A DNA stretch of 64,000 nt from Owenia fusiformis (lineage: Eukaryota), in contig CAIIXF020000001.1 in the NCBI GenBank assembly GCA_903813345.2, positions 43,524,001-43,588,000 on the forward strand, given 5' to 3'. The notes below the pieces were generated by a model. That model saw only the letters and a program-made list of their open reading frames with translations, had not been told where the DNA came from and did no database searches. Positions 11,590 through 23,700 of this stretch are shown here, in pieces. Both the position numbers and the translations under genes were made by a program. How positions within the stretch are numbered: position 1 is the first letter of the stretch; each line of letters begins with the position of its first letter.

Positions 11590-12616
11590 CAACTTACCAG
11601 TAATGTTACAAGTCCTTGTATGCCCCAAAGAAAACATCTTCAAAATAAGCAATCAAAACCATGGGCTTTCACTGAGTGTCATTTTTTATGATTTTTATGA
11701 CACACGTCTAAAAATAGGCTACAGTCATTACATTTCCTCAACGACTTTGGCCCTGAAAAATAAGAAATCTATATAATTCGCAACATGTCTACTTACCAGT
11801 AATGTTACAAGTCCTTGTACGCCCTAAGAAAACATCTTCAAAATAAGCAATCAAAACAATGCCACCACCATTTGTTAGATGCCAACCGCTGATCGCTGAC
11901 TGCCATAACATAAAAACGGAGACCATAACAATATGTTACCATTTTTTGGTGGTGACATAAAAATAGACACATATGTACAAGACCTAACTTTTGTATATTT
12001 CAATCAATTTTGGATAATGTGCAGCAAAGCTATGGCCTTTTATAATTTAGGGAGTTTCAGCCATTTTGATTTTTTCGAAAATAACATGGCAGAGAAGTTT
12101 TGTTTGAATTATTAATCTTACGATTCATGCTTGTTTTGTTTTTGTTGGTTAGGTAACACGTCAATTAGCCTAAAATTGTATCAAAGATTAATTTACAATC
12201 AACAGTGAGTTTGGTTGTTGATGAAGTAACAAGTGACTGATGTCACAACAGATGATTACTTCAAATAGTTCCCTTCCCTTCACAACTTACCCTAAAGATA
12301 CAGTAATTTTAGGTGGGCTTGTGAATGGTCCAAACACAATCCATAGAACGAAAAGCTTTGTAAAAATGTCATCAATTTTTCATCCATTAATTACGCTATA
12401 TGTATGAAGTTTGATTAAGATTGGGCATCTTTTACATTCTTGTTGAGCCCCTAAATAACTGATCACAGACCTTTAGTAAATACAACTTTATTTAAAGTGG
12501 GGCTGAAAAGGGATAAACCTTCATCTATCATTTTTCTATGTTGCAGAAAAAAAGTGGATCGTCATTATGTGAATTTCACAAAAATCATCATAGAGTATAA
12601 ACAGGGAAAAGGCAGT

Positions 12617-15600
12617 ATGACCAGTACAGTGTTGACAGCCGAGTTTATAGAGAGACATCTATCATCACTTGTGGATCCACCATCAATATGGGAGATTGAG
12701 AGAGGGCATTTTTACAAACTTGATTTAAAAATGTGTCAGATGAAGTCCCTGCAGTATGGATTCTCTTGGGGAGATGAAAGGTAAATTAAAATACAGAGCA
12801 GTAGGGGGTGACAATGCAATGCAACCAGCATTTACAATAAATTGAGCAACCAATGTATTTTTACCATAAAATAAGTAATATTGATGTATTTTGGATAAGC
12901 ACACAAATCAACTTAAAATAATTAACAAGTTCTTTTCATTTTCAAATTCATTTGGTACACTTCTCCATATTTGGCATTACAAGCATTATACACCCTTGCA
13001 TTATGCATAGATACCTTTCAGATTTTATTTTTTTGTCTCCATATGTGTTTTTATCCCATTTTGAAAAAGTGCTATATTGTTCTGTATTTTCAGAGTATAA
13101 CTGTATAAAGAGTAAAAAGCAATGCACATATTTTCAATATATTCATTACTGGTAAGTGTTTTAATATAACTTGTCATAAACTACATTTATAAATGTACAA
13201 AGATATTTTTGTATCTAGGACCCCCAAGCCCAAAGTGGTGTCTGTAGTGGAGACTCCATCTAAGATCCTCTACATGGATATCTCCCTGAATGACTTGAGT
13301 GAACTGGACCATGCAGGGTTGGCTCCTCTGAGAAACCTTCGTGCATTGAATGCCTCGCTGAACAGAATAACTAGGTAGGATGTATACAGTAATTCAAAGG
13401 AAAAACAGATTTATTCAATGACAGTGATTTAATTGCCCCATATGGCGTAAATATCATATATTCTGTATTTTCACGCTTTGGGATACAGAGGATACATTTT
13501 ACATCATCATATCCCAGGCTTTGATCTCTAATAATCAAATAAAGTCATTGCATAACTTGCATTGATTTTGTAATCAAATTTTTATTTTAGGTTTGTTGGT
13601 GTTGAAATATGTAAACATTTACGCTACCTTAACCTCTCTCACAACAACATACAAAATATAGAGGGCATTGCAAACTGTACATCACTGGCTGAGTTAAACC
13701 TCGCTATGAATGACATTGAGGATCTCACCTACGTGCCATCTTTACCTAACCTAACAGTGTTACACATAAACAACAATAAGGTAACAATGCAATATAAATA
13801 TAATATTATTTCTTCAAAATCTACCAGAATCATCTCTAGTCACCACATTCTTTTATAGAGTAAAATCATTTAAAACTTGCATGAAACACACAAAATTAAA
13901 ATTATGTTAAATTCAATCAAAAATAGATTGAGTAAAGCAGTTAAGTCATGGTTTATGCAATTTTTGAATTCATTATTATGATAAATCATACTTTTTTCTT
14001 GAGCTTAACTCCCTTTGACCATTTTTGATATCAAAGTATTTATTCACTGTATGAACTATGCATATATATATGTTTATATTAAAGAGGACTTTTCATTCCA
14101 GTTGAAATCATTAAATGGTATTCAGGCATTATCACACCTAAAGGAATTGCATTGCCAACGCAACAAATTGGTAAGTCATGATATAGTGTAAAAGCAATTT
14201 GTTTTTACTGGGAATGTTTTCTTTGCTCATGTCGCAAGTTTTACTCTTTTGTGGACGTTGTTTGGCATCCGGCGATTATCATTCGGAATTTGGCATCTGT
14301 AACAAATGGCACGTGATGAATTTTGCATGTTAATGATATTATGGCACTTATAAGAAGGCATTTACATAACAAATGTCACCATTTGGAATCACAGTGTTAC
14401 AGAGTGAGACATCTAGTAAGTCCCTTAAGATTGTCCATTGTACAACAGTTTTTTCATTTCATGAGTGAAACATTTTGTTTTTAGAGAGATGTGATTCCCA
14501 TTGCTAGTTCATTTCATCTTATAATGCTGAATGCTGCTGAAAACCAAATAGAGTCTCTGCAAACAACTGCTGATATACTCAAAGGCCTTTCTCACCTAAG
14601 GACACTTAACATGTTTGTAAGTAGACTCTGTTATGCTGCTTAATAATTAGGGAGGCTATTTTTAAAATCATTTTTTCGAGAAAAGTGTGAAACTTTTTTA
14701 TAATATTGTCAAAATGCATTATGAATTTTAAATTCAGGAACATTGTAATCTACAAGTTTTCGGGTCAATAGACCTCAGGATCAGAGCCCCAGTGGCAAAG
14801 CACATAAATACAAATAAACCATGTAGACTTGCCAATGAAAATTGTGCAAGTTGAAGCAAAAAACAAATTGAGATTGTCGAACAAGCAAACACCACTATGT
14901 CACATGATCAAAATGTCATACATATAGGTGTTGGTAAATATCACATTAAATAGACATAGCTAGTGTCATGAAATAGTCCAGGCTGTTTTGTACATGTAAG
15001 AGATTCTACCTGTGCATAAATATATCCATGTTCATACAGTAAACAGTTTACTCATGCTGTGAATGAGCTAAATGAAATAGAACCTTCATGTCCATATATG
15101 TTATTGTTTGTAGAACAACCCAATAGAGAGAGAGTCAAGCTACAATTCTGTACTTACTGATACACTTCAACTGCTGACACTTGACAACATTAGCGTGCGT
15201 TCACACAGAGATCAAGTAAGTTAATGTTTTATGTAATAGCATCAGTGTGTCAATGAACAGCTCATATACAGTGTCTAAGTACTTAGGTGGGTCAAAAAGT
15301 TTTGCAGTTGATGCCATAACTTCAAGGAAAATAGGACTTTTACAATGAAACTTGGTACACATATGTGTTATACATTTATACATTATATGTCAAAATTTGG
15401 GACCTCAATTTTGATTGGTTCTTGAGATATGGTTGCTATGGTAACCAGAGTGGTGGGTACCATGTTCAACCCGAAATTACGTTTTTCCAAATAGTTTTCT
15501 TGCTTGAATAAACTCTTTGTAAAGTAGCAATTAGCATGTGTAAGTGTCTTTGGGTGGCTATTTTTCTTCAAATTCAAAGGACAGACATATTTCATTAGAG

Positions 15601-17922
15601 GAAATAAGTGATTTACTGGATATATCTAAGGGGTCCTATCATACAATTGTCACAAAGATCTTGAAAAAGCGGTATGTTGCAGCAAAGTGGGTTCCAAAGT
15701 TCCTCACAGTGGAGCAAAAGGAAGCACGTCTTGCAGCATCTAGGCAATTTCTGGATACGTTTTGGCATCATTTCCAAATGCTCCCTGAACCAGTTCATAA
15801 GTCTCTTGCAAAGTCTTGCCATTTTGAACCATGCACTGTATCAGATTTCTATGCTTCCATTTCATCAATTTGGTTGGTGTGGAAACATCTGCCATTTTGA
15901 AAATTTTGGAAAAAAAATTCAAAATTTCCTCACTTTTCCATCTCAATTTTTCAACTGGGTTTTGGACAGTATACATCACAAAGGAACTTATCGTGTCTCT
16001 TGTCTATTGTGATGTCATAGACACAATTAGAAAAATTGAAGAATTTGAAGAAAAATAGCCACCCAAAGACACTTACACCTGCTAATTGCCACTTTACAAA
16101 GAGTTTATTCAAGCAAGAAAACTATTTGGAAAAACGTAATTTCGGGTTGAACATGGTACCCACCACTCTGGTTACCATAGCAACCATATCTCGAGAACCA
16201 ATCAAAATTGAGGTCCCAAATTTTAACATATAATGTATAAATGTATAACACATAATTATGTGTACTAAGTTTCATTGTAAAAGTCCTATTTTCCTTGAAG
16301 TTATGGCATCAACTGCAAAACTTTTTGACCCACCTAAGTATTTAAGTAAGAGTATGGTCAGCCACAGTTTCGGTATGGTACGGTATGATTCTCAGTTCTT
16401 GCCTCTCGATGAGGAAACTGATAAGTACCTACTTACACCTTGGTAATTGAAGTCATGGTATCTGAATTTTGAAGGCCAATAACATTCCAGAGAATATTTG
16501 TTAATGACATTTTTTTACTATTTTAACAACCCTTCACCCAATGATTGGGTATCAGTAAGTATTGTTACTCAAATAGAAAATTAAATAATTTACTTTTCAA
16601 CTTCAGACTGTCGGATACTACAAAAGTGGCTCAAATAACAATATTTCTGGCTTGAAGGAGTCTGCAAGAGCAGCCTTTCACGAGAAGATCAAAATCCAAA
16701 AAGATAAAATGGAAGAAAATGTTAGATTTCTTCAGAGAAGAATTATGTAAGTTCTTGTTTTTTCAGTGAATAGCTAGTCTGATTTTCTCTCAGCTTGATG
16801 AAAATTCTAGATTAATTTAAAATTGTTGAACAAGCTGGTAAACATTTCAAGAATTTTCCTGATTTTCAAAATCCTAGACTGGATGTAAATAAAATAAAAC
16901 AAATTGGTATTCTGGTGTCTCACATCCTAAAGCAATATTTTGTTTCTTATGCCTATTGTTTGGTACCCTGCGCGCAGAGTCTAGTTATAAACTACCCTCG
17001 GCCTAGTATCTGAGTATAGACTCTATATTATTATTATTCTCAACCAATGATCGAATTGGAAGGAACACATGCTAAGGGCGAGCTCATTAACTGCACAATT
17101 ACATGAATTATGTCAGAGAAAATGACCATATATAGGAAGTCGTCCGTTTTCGATGACGAACTCTGACTCACTCAGTGAGATCAGAGATTTATTGTAAATT
17201 GAAAGAGTGAAGACAAAGCTCTCTTTCAAGAAGTGAAGTCAAACAAATGAAAAGGGTAATCATTTGGATACTGAGATATCATATATTGAATCAGTCACAT
17301 ATGTTTTCTATTTCTAAAGTTGTTTTCCTCATTTGACAAATGTGACATCATTTTGTTCACTCTACCTTATACACTTATAGAGATGTCCAGGAAGAGTACA
17401 GGGACTATGAGGATAGGATGAAGAAAGATATGGAATCATGTCTTAGCTACCTAGATGGACTTTCTCTAGACCAAGCAAGGAACTATGACACTAATGCTAT
17501 CCGGGGAAATATTGGTTCTCCTGCACCACCTTGGCATGTGAGTGTTTCTTAAAATCTTGTTTTCTCCTTGAATGTTACTCATGAATATAACTGTGATTTT
17601 CACTTTTTTGATACTGAATGTGGATTGGTTTGATCAAGAGGAGGCTGCAACTGGCAACTTTTCCAAGTGGAGAATGAAAGTCTTTACTGGTATTCTGTCC
17701 AATTGTGCCAAAATGTATATAGATAACACAAGGCCTGTTACAGCCATGTCCTCTTCATGTCAATAAAACAATGTGCTGTTTCCATTGCAGCCAGGACCAA
17801 GCTACCATTCAGACAGGACAATCAAGGATAAGAAGGACTACAGTGGCATAAAATCAGCTGATGAAGTTTTGAGACTTGCAGTCAATGAACTCTCCAAAGA
17901 ACAGGCTAAATTATCTCAATAA
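12617..17922 (+). CDS. Leucine-rich repeat protein (SDS22-like LRRs, LRR cap, C-terminal coiled coil), 413 aa
   Basis: Exons 12617-12780, 13219-13374, 13591-13780, 14102-14170, 14485-14616, 15114-15215, 16607-16746, 17381-17537, 17791-17922 sum to 1242 nt with an open frame and GT-AG boundaries. Repeats include LRALNASLNRI, LRYLNLSHNNI, LAELNLAMNDI, LTVLHINNNKL, LKELHCQRNKL and LRTLNMFNNPI; cap-like Y..LLTLDN; AATAAA at ~18287. Confidence 0.88.
15282..16338. mobile_element. Rearranged non-autonomous mariner element with ~295-bp TIRs and transposase fragments
   Basis: TA|CTTAGGTGGGTCAAAAAG ... CTTTTTGACCCACCTAAG|TA. The + strand fragment DRHISLEEIS..KWVPKFLTVEQKEAR carries the mariner WVPxxL linker; the - strand fragment HRNLIQCMVQNGKTLQETYELVQGAFGNDA is like the mariner N-terminal HTH. 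Confidence 0.92.
16966..17256 (+). mobile_element. Dispersed repeat with TA|CCCT...AGGG|TA ends, copy 1 of 3
   Basis: CCCTGCGCGCAGAGTCTAGTTATAAACTACCCTC...GAAAGAGTGAAGACAAAGCTCTCTTT...AAAGGG; homologous to 36031-36404 and 43217-43578. Confidence 0.85.
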
Positions 17923-20011
17923 CGTTCCAATGGAACACATGTGCTCAGATAATTCTCAATCAATAGACAGCAGATATCCAAAGTGATCCAATCCGAATGC
18001 TCATCTAACTTCAGCTGTATGTCGATGTTGTATAAATTCTGTATGTTTTGCTTGCTCAATATGTTTGTTCTTTTGGATGTGACATAGTCAGCAATTGCTG
18101 GTGCAATCTTTTGTAATCATTAAACTGACACGGATCTGTAAAGTTTTATGCTTGGTTCTTCAATGCATGGAAACTTCTTCTGACAGCATACATGCTTGGG
18201 TTTTCCCTTACTCTAAGAATGAAGCTGATCTAGTCAAATTTTTTTGCTACCTGTTTTGCCCCAAGCAAAAATTGGAGTGAGTGAAGAATAAAAATGTGAA
18301 GACAGTATATTGCATAGAACATTGCTTTATTGGATCTCTGATATGATTGAAAAATTGCGATTGCCACTGCTTGGTTTCAGGTTAATCTTGTCTTGCTTCT
18401 TCAAGAAAATCATTGATTTAATACTTTGTGTTGTATTCAAACCCAGGTCACAGCACTTCTTGTGATTTGTCTTTGACCTATGACTGCTGACCTATACCGG
18501 CGATTACTAGAGTGCTGCTGACTCGATAAAAGGCTGGCGCTGGCTAGAATTGTCTATGGTTCTAGCCAGGATAAAAATACCAGTTCTTCAACTCGACAAT
18601 GGGAAGAACTGCTCTACCTTAGTGACTAATATGTCATGATATGACATCTAAAGAGTCGATAAAAGATATATATATATGGTACATCAACATTCCAGTTTCT
18701 ATTAAGTGCCAAAATTGAAAATAGGGTATAACACAGATAGGTCCTTACATTTACGCTTATATGTGTTTCAATATTATGAGCAAATATTACCAGAACACAT
18801 TTGCAGTATTTTCTGTCCAAAAGTCAGTTTCAAGATGGATATTTTAAGTTTTTAGTCAAGGTAATTTACCTTTTCATCTGATACATTTTTAATGAATATC
18901 CATTCCATTAATACAATTAAACACGGGTACATTTTGATATAGTTTTCTTAGAATAATTATAATTGACTAGACTTCTTTGAGCTACCTGGTGATGAAATGC
19001 GTATATTGTAATAAGCACCGGCATCTAAGTAATTGCTCATTATAAATCATGTTTAAAGATGTGTTTACTCAAAAATATGCGACTCAATGTTTGTATAGTC
19101 TAGTGTTATGTTTATATTAAAAATTATATTTTTAATATTGTTTGTTTATTAGTACTTTTGTTTGTTTTAACTGTCATTTGTCATTTGAAATAAATAGTAT
19201 ATTGATTTTTAAAAGAAGTAAAATAGTTCAGTATTACTGGTTGTTTTTAGCCAATTATCAATATGTCAACAGAACATCACTAGGCAATATAAACTCACTG
19301 CCCATCGCCCATCATATTCCACGATGCTAGTCCCACACGAGACATGGTTGAACTTTTGTTGGATTTTCATATTTTACTTCTTCCATTATAACTCGATTCT
19401 GTGAAATTGTATTATCGTTACTTTCATGCCCCATTTATGCATCAGAAACATTTTGACCGAATTTTTTAACAATATACAAAGCAAGAGATTATTATCATAT
19501 CATGATGACAATAATTTTACAAAAGAGTTGAAACTGCACAAAAGTGTCAGATATTGCACCAAAATGCACCCAGGTTCATTTCGGAGATACCTGGCTTTTA
19601 TCATTGAGCACTTTTGAAATAAACTTCAGTTTCGTATCTATTCATACAAAGGCCACCAGCAGATTAATCTTGTTGTTTGCAAAACTGATTTTTTGAAAGG
19701 ACAAAATTGATCAGAATGTTTTTTTATTCTTATTTTGTGACTGGCATTCAGCATTGGTGACAGTATTCTACTTTTGTAACCATGTACAATACTGTAACTT
19801 TGGAGGTGGTGACATTTTGTCATGTTAATTCCTTGTTTCAAATTGCTTAAATTAAGTTTTTCCTGAGATGAATAACAACAAAGCATTTTACCAGAATAGT
19901 TTTAGATTGACCAGTTTGGCACTCCTAGTCCCAAAATTACAGTAAAACCTGTATATCCAAACTCCTCCCAGTGTGAACTTCAACACCGTCTCAGTTCGGA
20001 AAAGCAAGCCC

Positions 20012-20343
20012 AATGTCCTGTTTAAGATCCTCTATTCTTACTTTTGAAAATGGATTCTAGCAATACTAACCCACATGAATCTACTTGTTGAGACTCGATC
20101 AACTTGAGTTCTGAGAAAATGAGGATTGTAGAAAGGGTGCATTGACTCAACATGGGGACATACACCATTAACCATTGTGGTTATACCATCAGGTATGTCA
20201 CCATGTAAGGTCAATGCACTCTTGCTGAAATCCTCATTTTCTCAGAAGAACTTTGATCGAATCTCAACAAGTAGATTCCTGTTGGATAGTATTGCTAGAA
20301 TCCATTTTCGAAAGTTAGAATAGGGGTTCTTAAGTAGGACATT
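20012..20343. mobile_element. Foldback (palindromic) element with TTAA near both ends
   Basis: ~150-bp imperfect inverted arms, e.g. GAAAATGGATTCTAGCAATACT / AGTATTGCTAGAATCCATTTTC. Confidence 0.85.
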
Positions 20344-20770
20344 AAAACTTAACTAAGGGCTTTTTGAAATTTTTGTTTAGTATGACTCCCATTGACTCAT
20401 TTATTAAAAAAACTTAAAATATGAACACCTACTCATCCGAACATGTTTGTCCAGTCTCAGTGGCAGTTGGAAACAAGGCATTAACATGACAAAATGTCAA
20501 CATCTGTTATTTGTTACAAATGCTTGTAGTGATGACATAAAATTGACTATTCTAAATAACCAAATGAACACCATAATTTCCTATTTTGAGACCATTTATT
20601 TTCACTCAAGATTACTATAAATATTACGTAAAATACAATTTTTCCCGGGTGAAAATGCCTCAATGTCTCTTCATTATTCCGTACATCCATATTAACTCAA
20701 TGTCTTAAGAAACATTCAACACCAAATGACGAATGTGTCTATTCAGTAATCGTATGCACTATTAAATAGC

Positions 20771-23700
20771 CTAGTATTCAAATTCAAATTGGAAATAAGA
20801 TTCGTCAAATTTATTGTGCACTCTAACATATCCATCTTCTCCACCACTGCTGTACCTGCAATCAGAGATTTGGGTAATATTAAAAATTAATTGAAAAAAA
20901 CCACTGATTATATGTTTGCAAAAACCTTAATACATTTACATTTTTCAATTTTAAATATTTTTGGCGACTGAAAAGTTCCATTAATAAATTTTCTTGAAGT
21001 GTGTGAAAATCTACATATATTAATGTTGTGTAGATAAGCAAAAAATCAAACAACCATTCACAAAGATAGATACCAAAATTTTTATCGAAAAATGAAAGGA
21101 GGAGGGGAAGTATCGCAACAGACTTTGGAAGGTCATATGTTGGATTTTCTCAGGATTTAAACCAGCGCATATGTTAGGCCAATGCATTATCTCCAGGAAA
21201 GCACTCATAGAGATGATAAAATAATTTCGTCTTTGAGACAGGGAAGATGCAAACAACCCAGCCACGTTTTTCTGAAATGCTTTTCAAACCACCCCTGTTT
21301 TTCCAATTTTTGTTGCATCGATATGTTGCATTTTGACACACAGTTAAACACTTTAAAGGAATACGTAATTCCTTCAGGGGTTTTAAAGATATCCATTATG
21401 GGTGACCAAAACTAGCTGAAAGCAATGGATGGCATGAGTTTTCCCTCTGGGAAAATAACATGGGAAATATTGTTTTCCACTTTATCGAAGAGTAATCACC
21501 GACTCCTTTAAAGGGGTTAACCATGTCTTAAAACGCAACATATCGATGCAACAAAATTGAAACAGCTGGGGTGGAAGGGGTTGAAAATTAGGATAACATT
21601 TCAGAAAAAACATGTGGATGGGTTGTTTGCATCTTTCCTGTCTCAAAGTCAAAATTATTTTTTCATCTCTTTAAGTGCTTTTCCTGGAGATAATGTATAA
21701 GTCTCACATATGCACCTGTTTAAATCTTAAGAAAATAGCCAAAATCCAAAATATGACTGTCCGAAAGCTGTTGCGACACTTTCTCTCCTCCTTTACCCAG
21801 CATGCCCAAAACCTGAGATCTTGGCATTAGTCTGCTGAAAAATTTATTGTTCAACAAATCCTTACCCTTTTCCATCAGGATGAAAAGCAACGCTGTTGAT
21901 TGGTCCGAAATGACCTTTAACCCTGCCAAATTCATCCTCAAGAACTATATGAAAGAACCTAGCGTCAAATTTTCCAATCTTGGTTGAGGTGGTAGTTACA
22001 TCCATGGCCTCTTGACCACCTCCCAAAACAACCTATATATGAAACAGAATGTTCAAATAAAATTTTTACAGTGACATGTGCAGTGCCCATTCATTCTAAA
22101 CAATATGTAATAATAGTACAAATAAATAATCTAAAGTGTAAAATAGATAGTAAATGAAGCTGTTACTACTTTTGCAAACTTTACATATATTTCCTTACAT
22201 TATCTATGACTCCATTAGTGTGTATCATGCATGACTTCATATCTCTCATTTGAAATGGTATGAAGACAGGGTATCAATATGCACCAAATTTAGCACCTTA
22301 TAAAGGCTGTTTCTTTCAATTCAGTTGCGAGGGGTTTGCACAATGTGTATCTATTGGTTTGTGAATTATATTTCATCTTCTATAAACAGTGCACTTACAT
22401 GTGGTTTGATGGGGGAGATTGCAGCAGAGTTGACAGGTCTTTCAGTTTTATAAGTCTTCATCTTTTCTAATGTCCTTACATCAAAAAGCTGCAAGATAAA
22501 TTAACAAATTTTATTCATATAAATGAAATGCATATCATGTATGTATATACTACTGCAACCACTACTTATTTTCACTAAATACAAAAATGACATATCTGTA
22601 TGAAAGAAAATTGAATCATCTGATCCTACATATATACTCATCTTATTCATATCACACACAAAACTTACCTTAGCGGTGGTATCTTTGGATGCAGTGATAA
22701 TCATAGACTGGTCTTTTGTCATCTGGATATCATTGATTTGTTTACTGTGTTCTTGTACAACCTTGGTGTTATCCCCAGTCTGGAAAGCATTCAAATGTGT
22801 GTACAATCATACCATATAGTTTTCAGAATCTTAGACGCAATCTTGGGAATCATTTATTTACATCAGATAATCATTGGCCATGTCAATGAAATAGACCCGG
22901 CTCATAGAATACATGTATAGCATTGAGTGTCTCATACATGTATCTTTCAAATCTTCAATGTGCCAGCTCTGTTATAAATGCCATTGATTTACAAATAATG
23001 CAAATATAAAACAAGTCACTCAGTGAACAATTCTGTACCTAAAATTCAAAATGGTTATCTTGATATTTATCCAGCTTGCTCAAAAATGAATCAGTTTCAA
23101 ATTTTCATTCATAAAAATTTCAAATCAATCTGAGCAGTTTGTTTGGAAATGCAAACAAGAAAAAAAAAGACACCCACTGCCCATAATCGATCAACCTAAC
23201 AACAGAACTGTCCCTTTTTTAGGCACAATTGTAACCCCCTAGAAGATATCTGATAGAATCTTACAGCTAAATCCCATTGGCAAAGATCTCCATTCTCATG
23301 TCCTGTGATGATCATGTTATCCATTGGTCCCCAGATGGCGCTTGTCACCTTTGGTCCATGGACTGGCATTATTGCTACTGGTTCACTAAAACCTGCAATG
23401 ATATAAAATTGTGCATCAATTGATGAATGTGCCTATTTTTGCACCTACTTTTTCCACATGATTACTTGCTCCCTATATGTTGAATATGATATAGTAATAA
23501 GAATGAAGATGACACAATATTGGCCAAAAGTGCCTGTTTCTATAATCTTAGTTACAGTGATCATAAACATGTATTTGTATTTCACAAGGATGCTTCATAG
23601 TTTTTTCTGTAGTGAACATAAGTTAAAAACTTACTGTTAACATCATATATGTGTATTTCACAAGGATGCCCCATAGTTTTATCTGTAGTGAACATAAGCT

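Larger units (their letters stand above)
10066..11858. repeat. ~190-bp tandem repeat, 4 copies, interrupted by two transposon insertions
   Basis: The unit TGAGTGTCATTTTTATGA..GGCCCTGAAAAATAAGAAAT..CTACTTACCAGTAATGTT..CCATGGGCTTTCAC starts at ~10067, 10802, 10995 and 11673. Confidence 0.9.

Noticed and set aside
15544..15979. Intact or domesticated mariner transposase
   Set aside because: Only two short DNA-binding-region fragments in opposite orientation; no DDD catalytic domain.
15201..16446. Duplicated small proteins on opposite strands (15383-15595 / 16036-16233 and 15201-15383 / 16258-16446)
   Set aside because: They are translations of the two TIR arms of the mariner derivative.
18535..18572. 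Hairpin CTGGCTAGAA-N10-TTCTAGCCAG as a terminator or structured RNA
   Set aside because: Isolated 10-bp stem in eukaryotic intergenic DNA with no other support; probably a repeat remnant.
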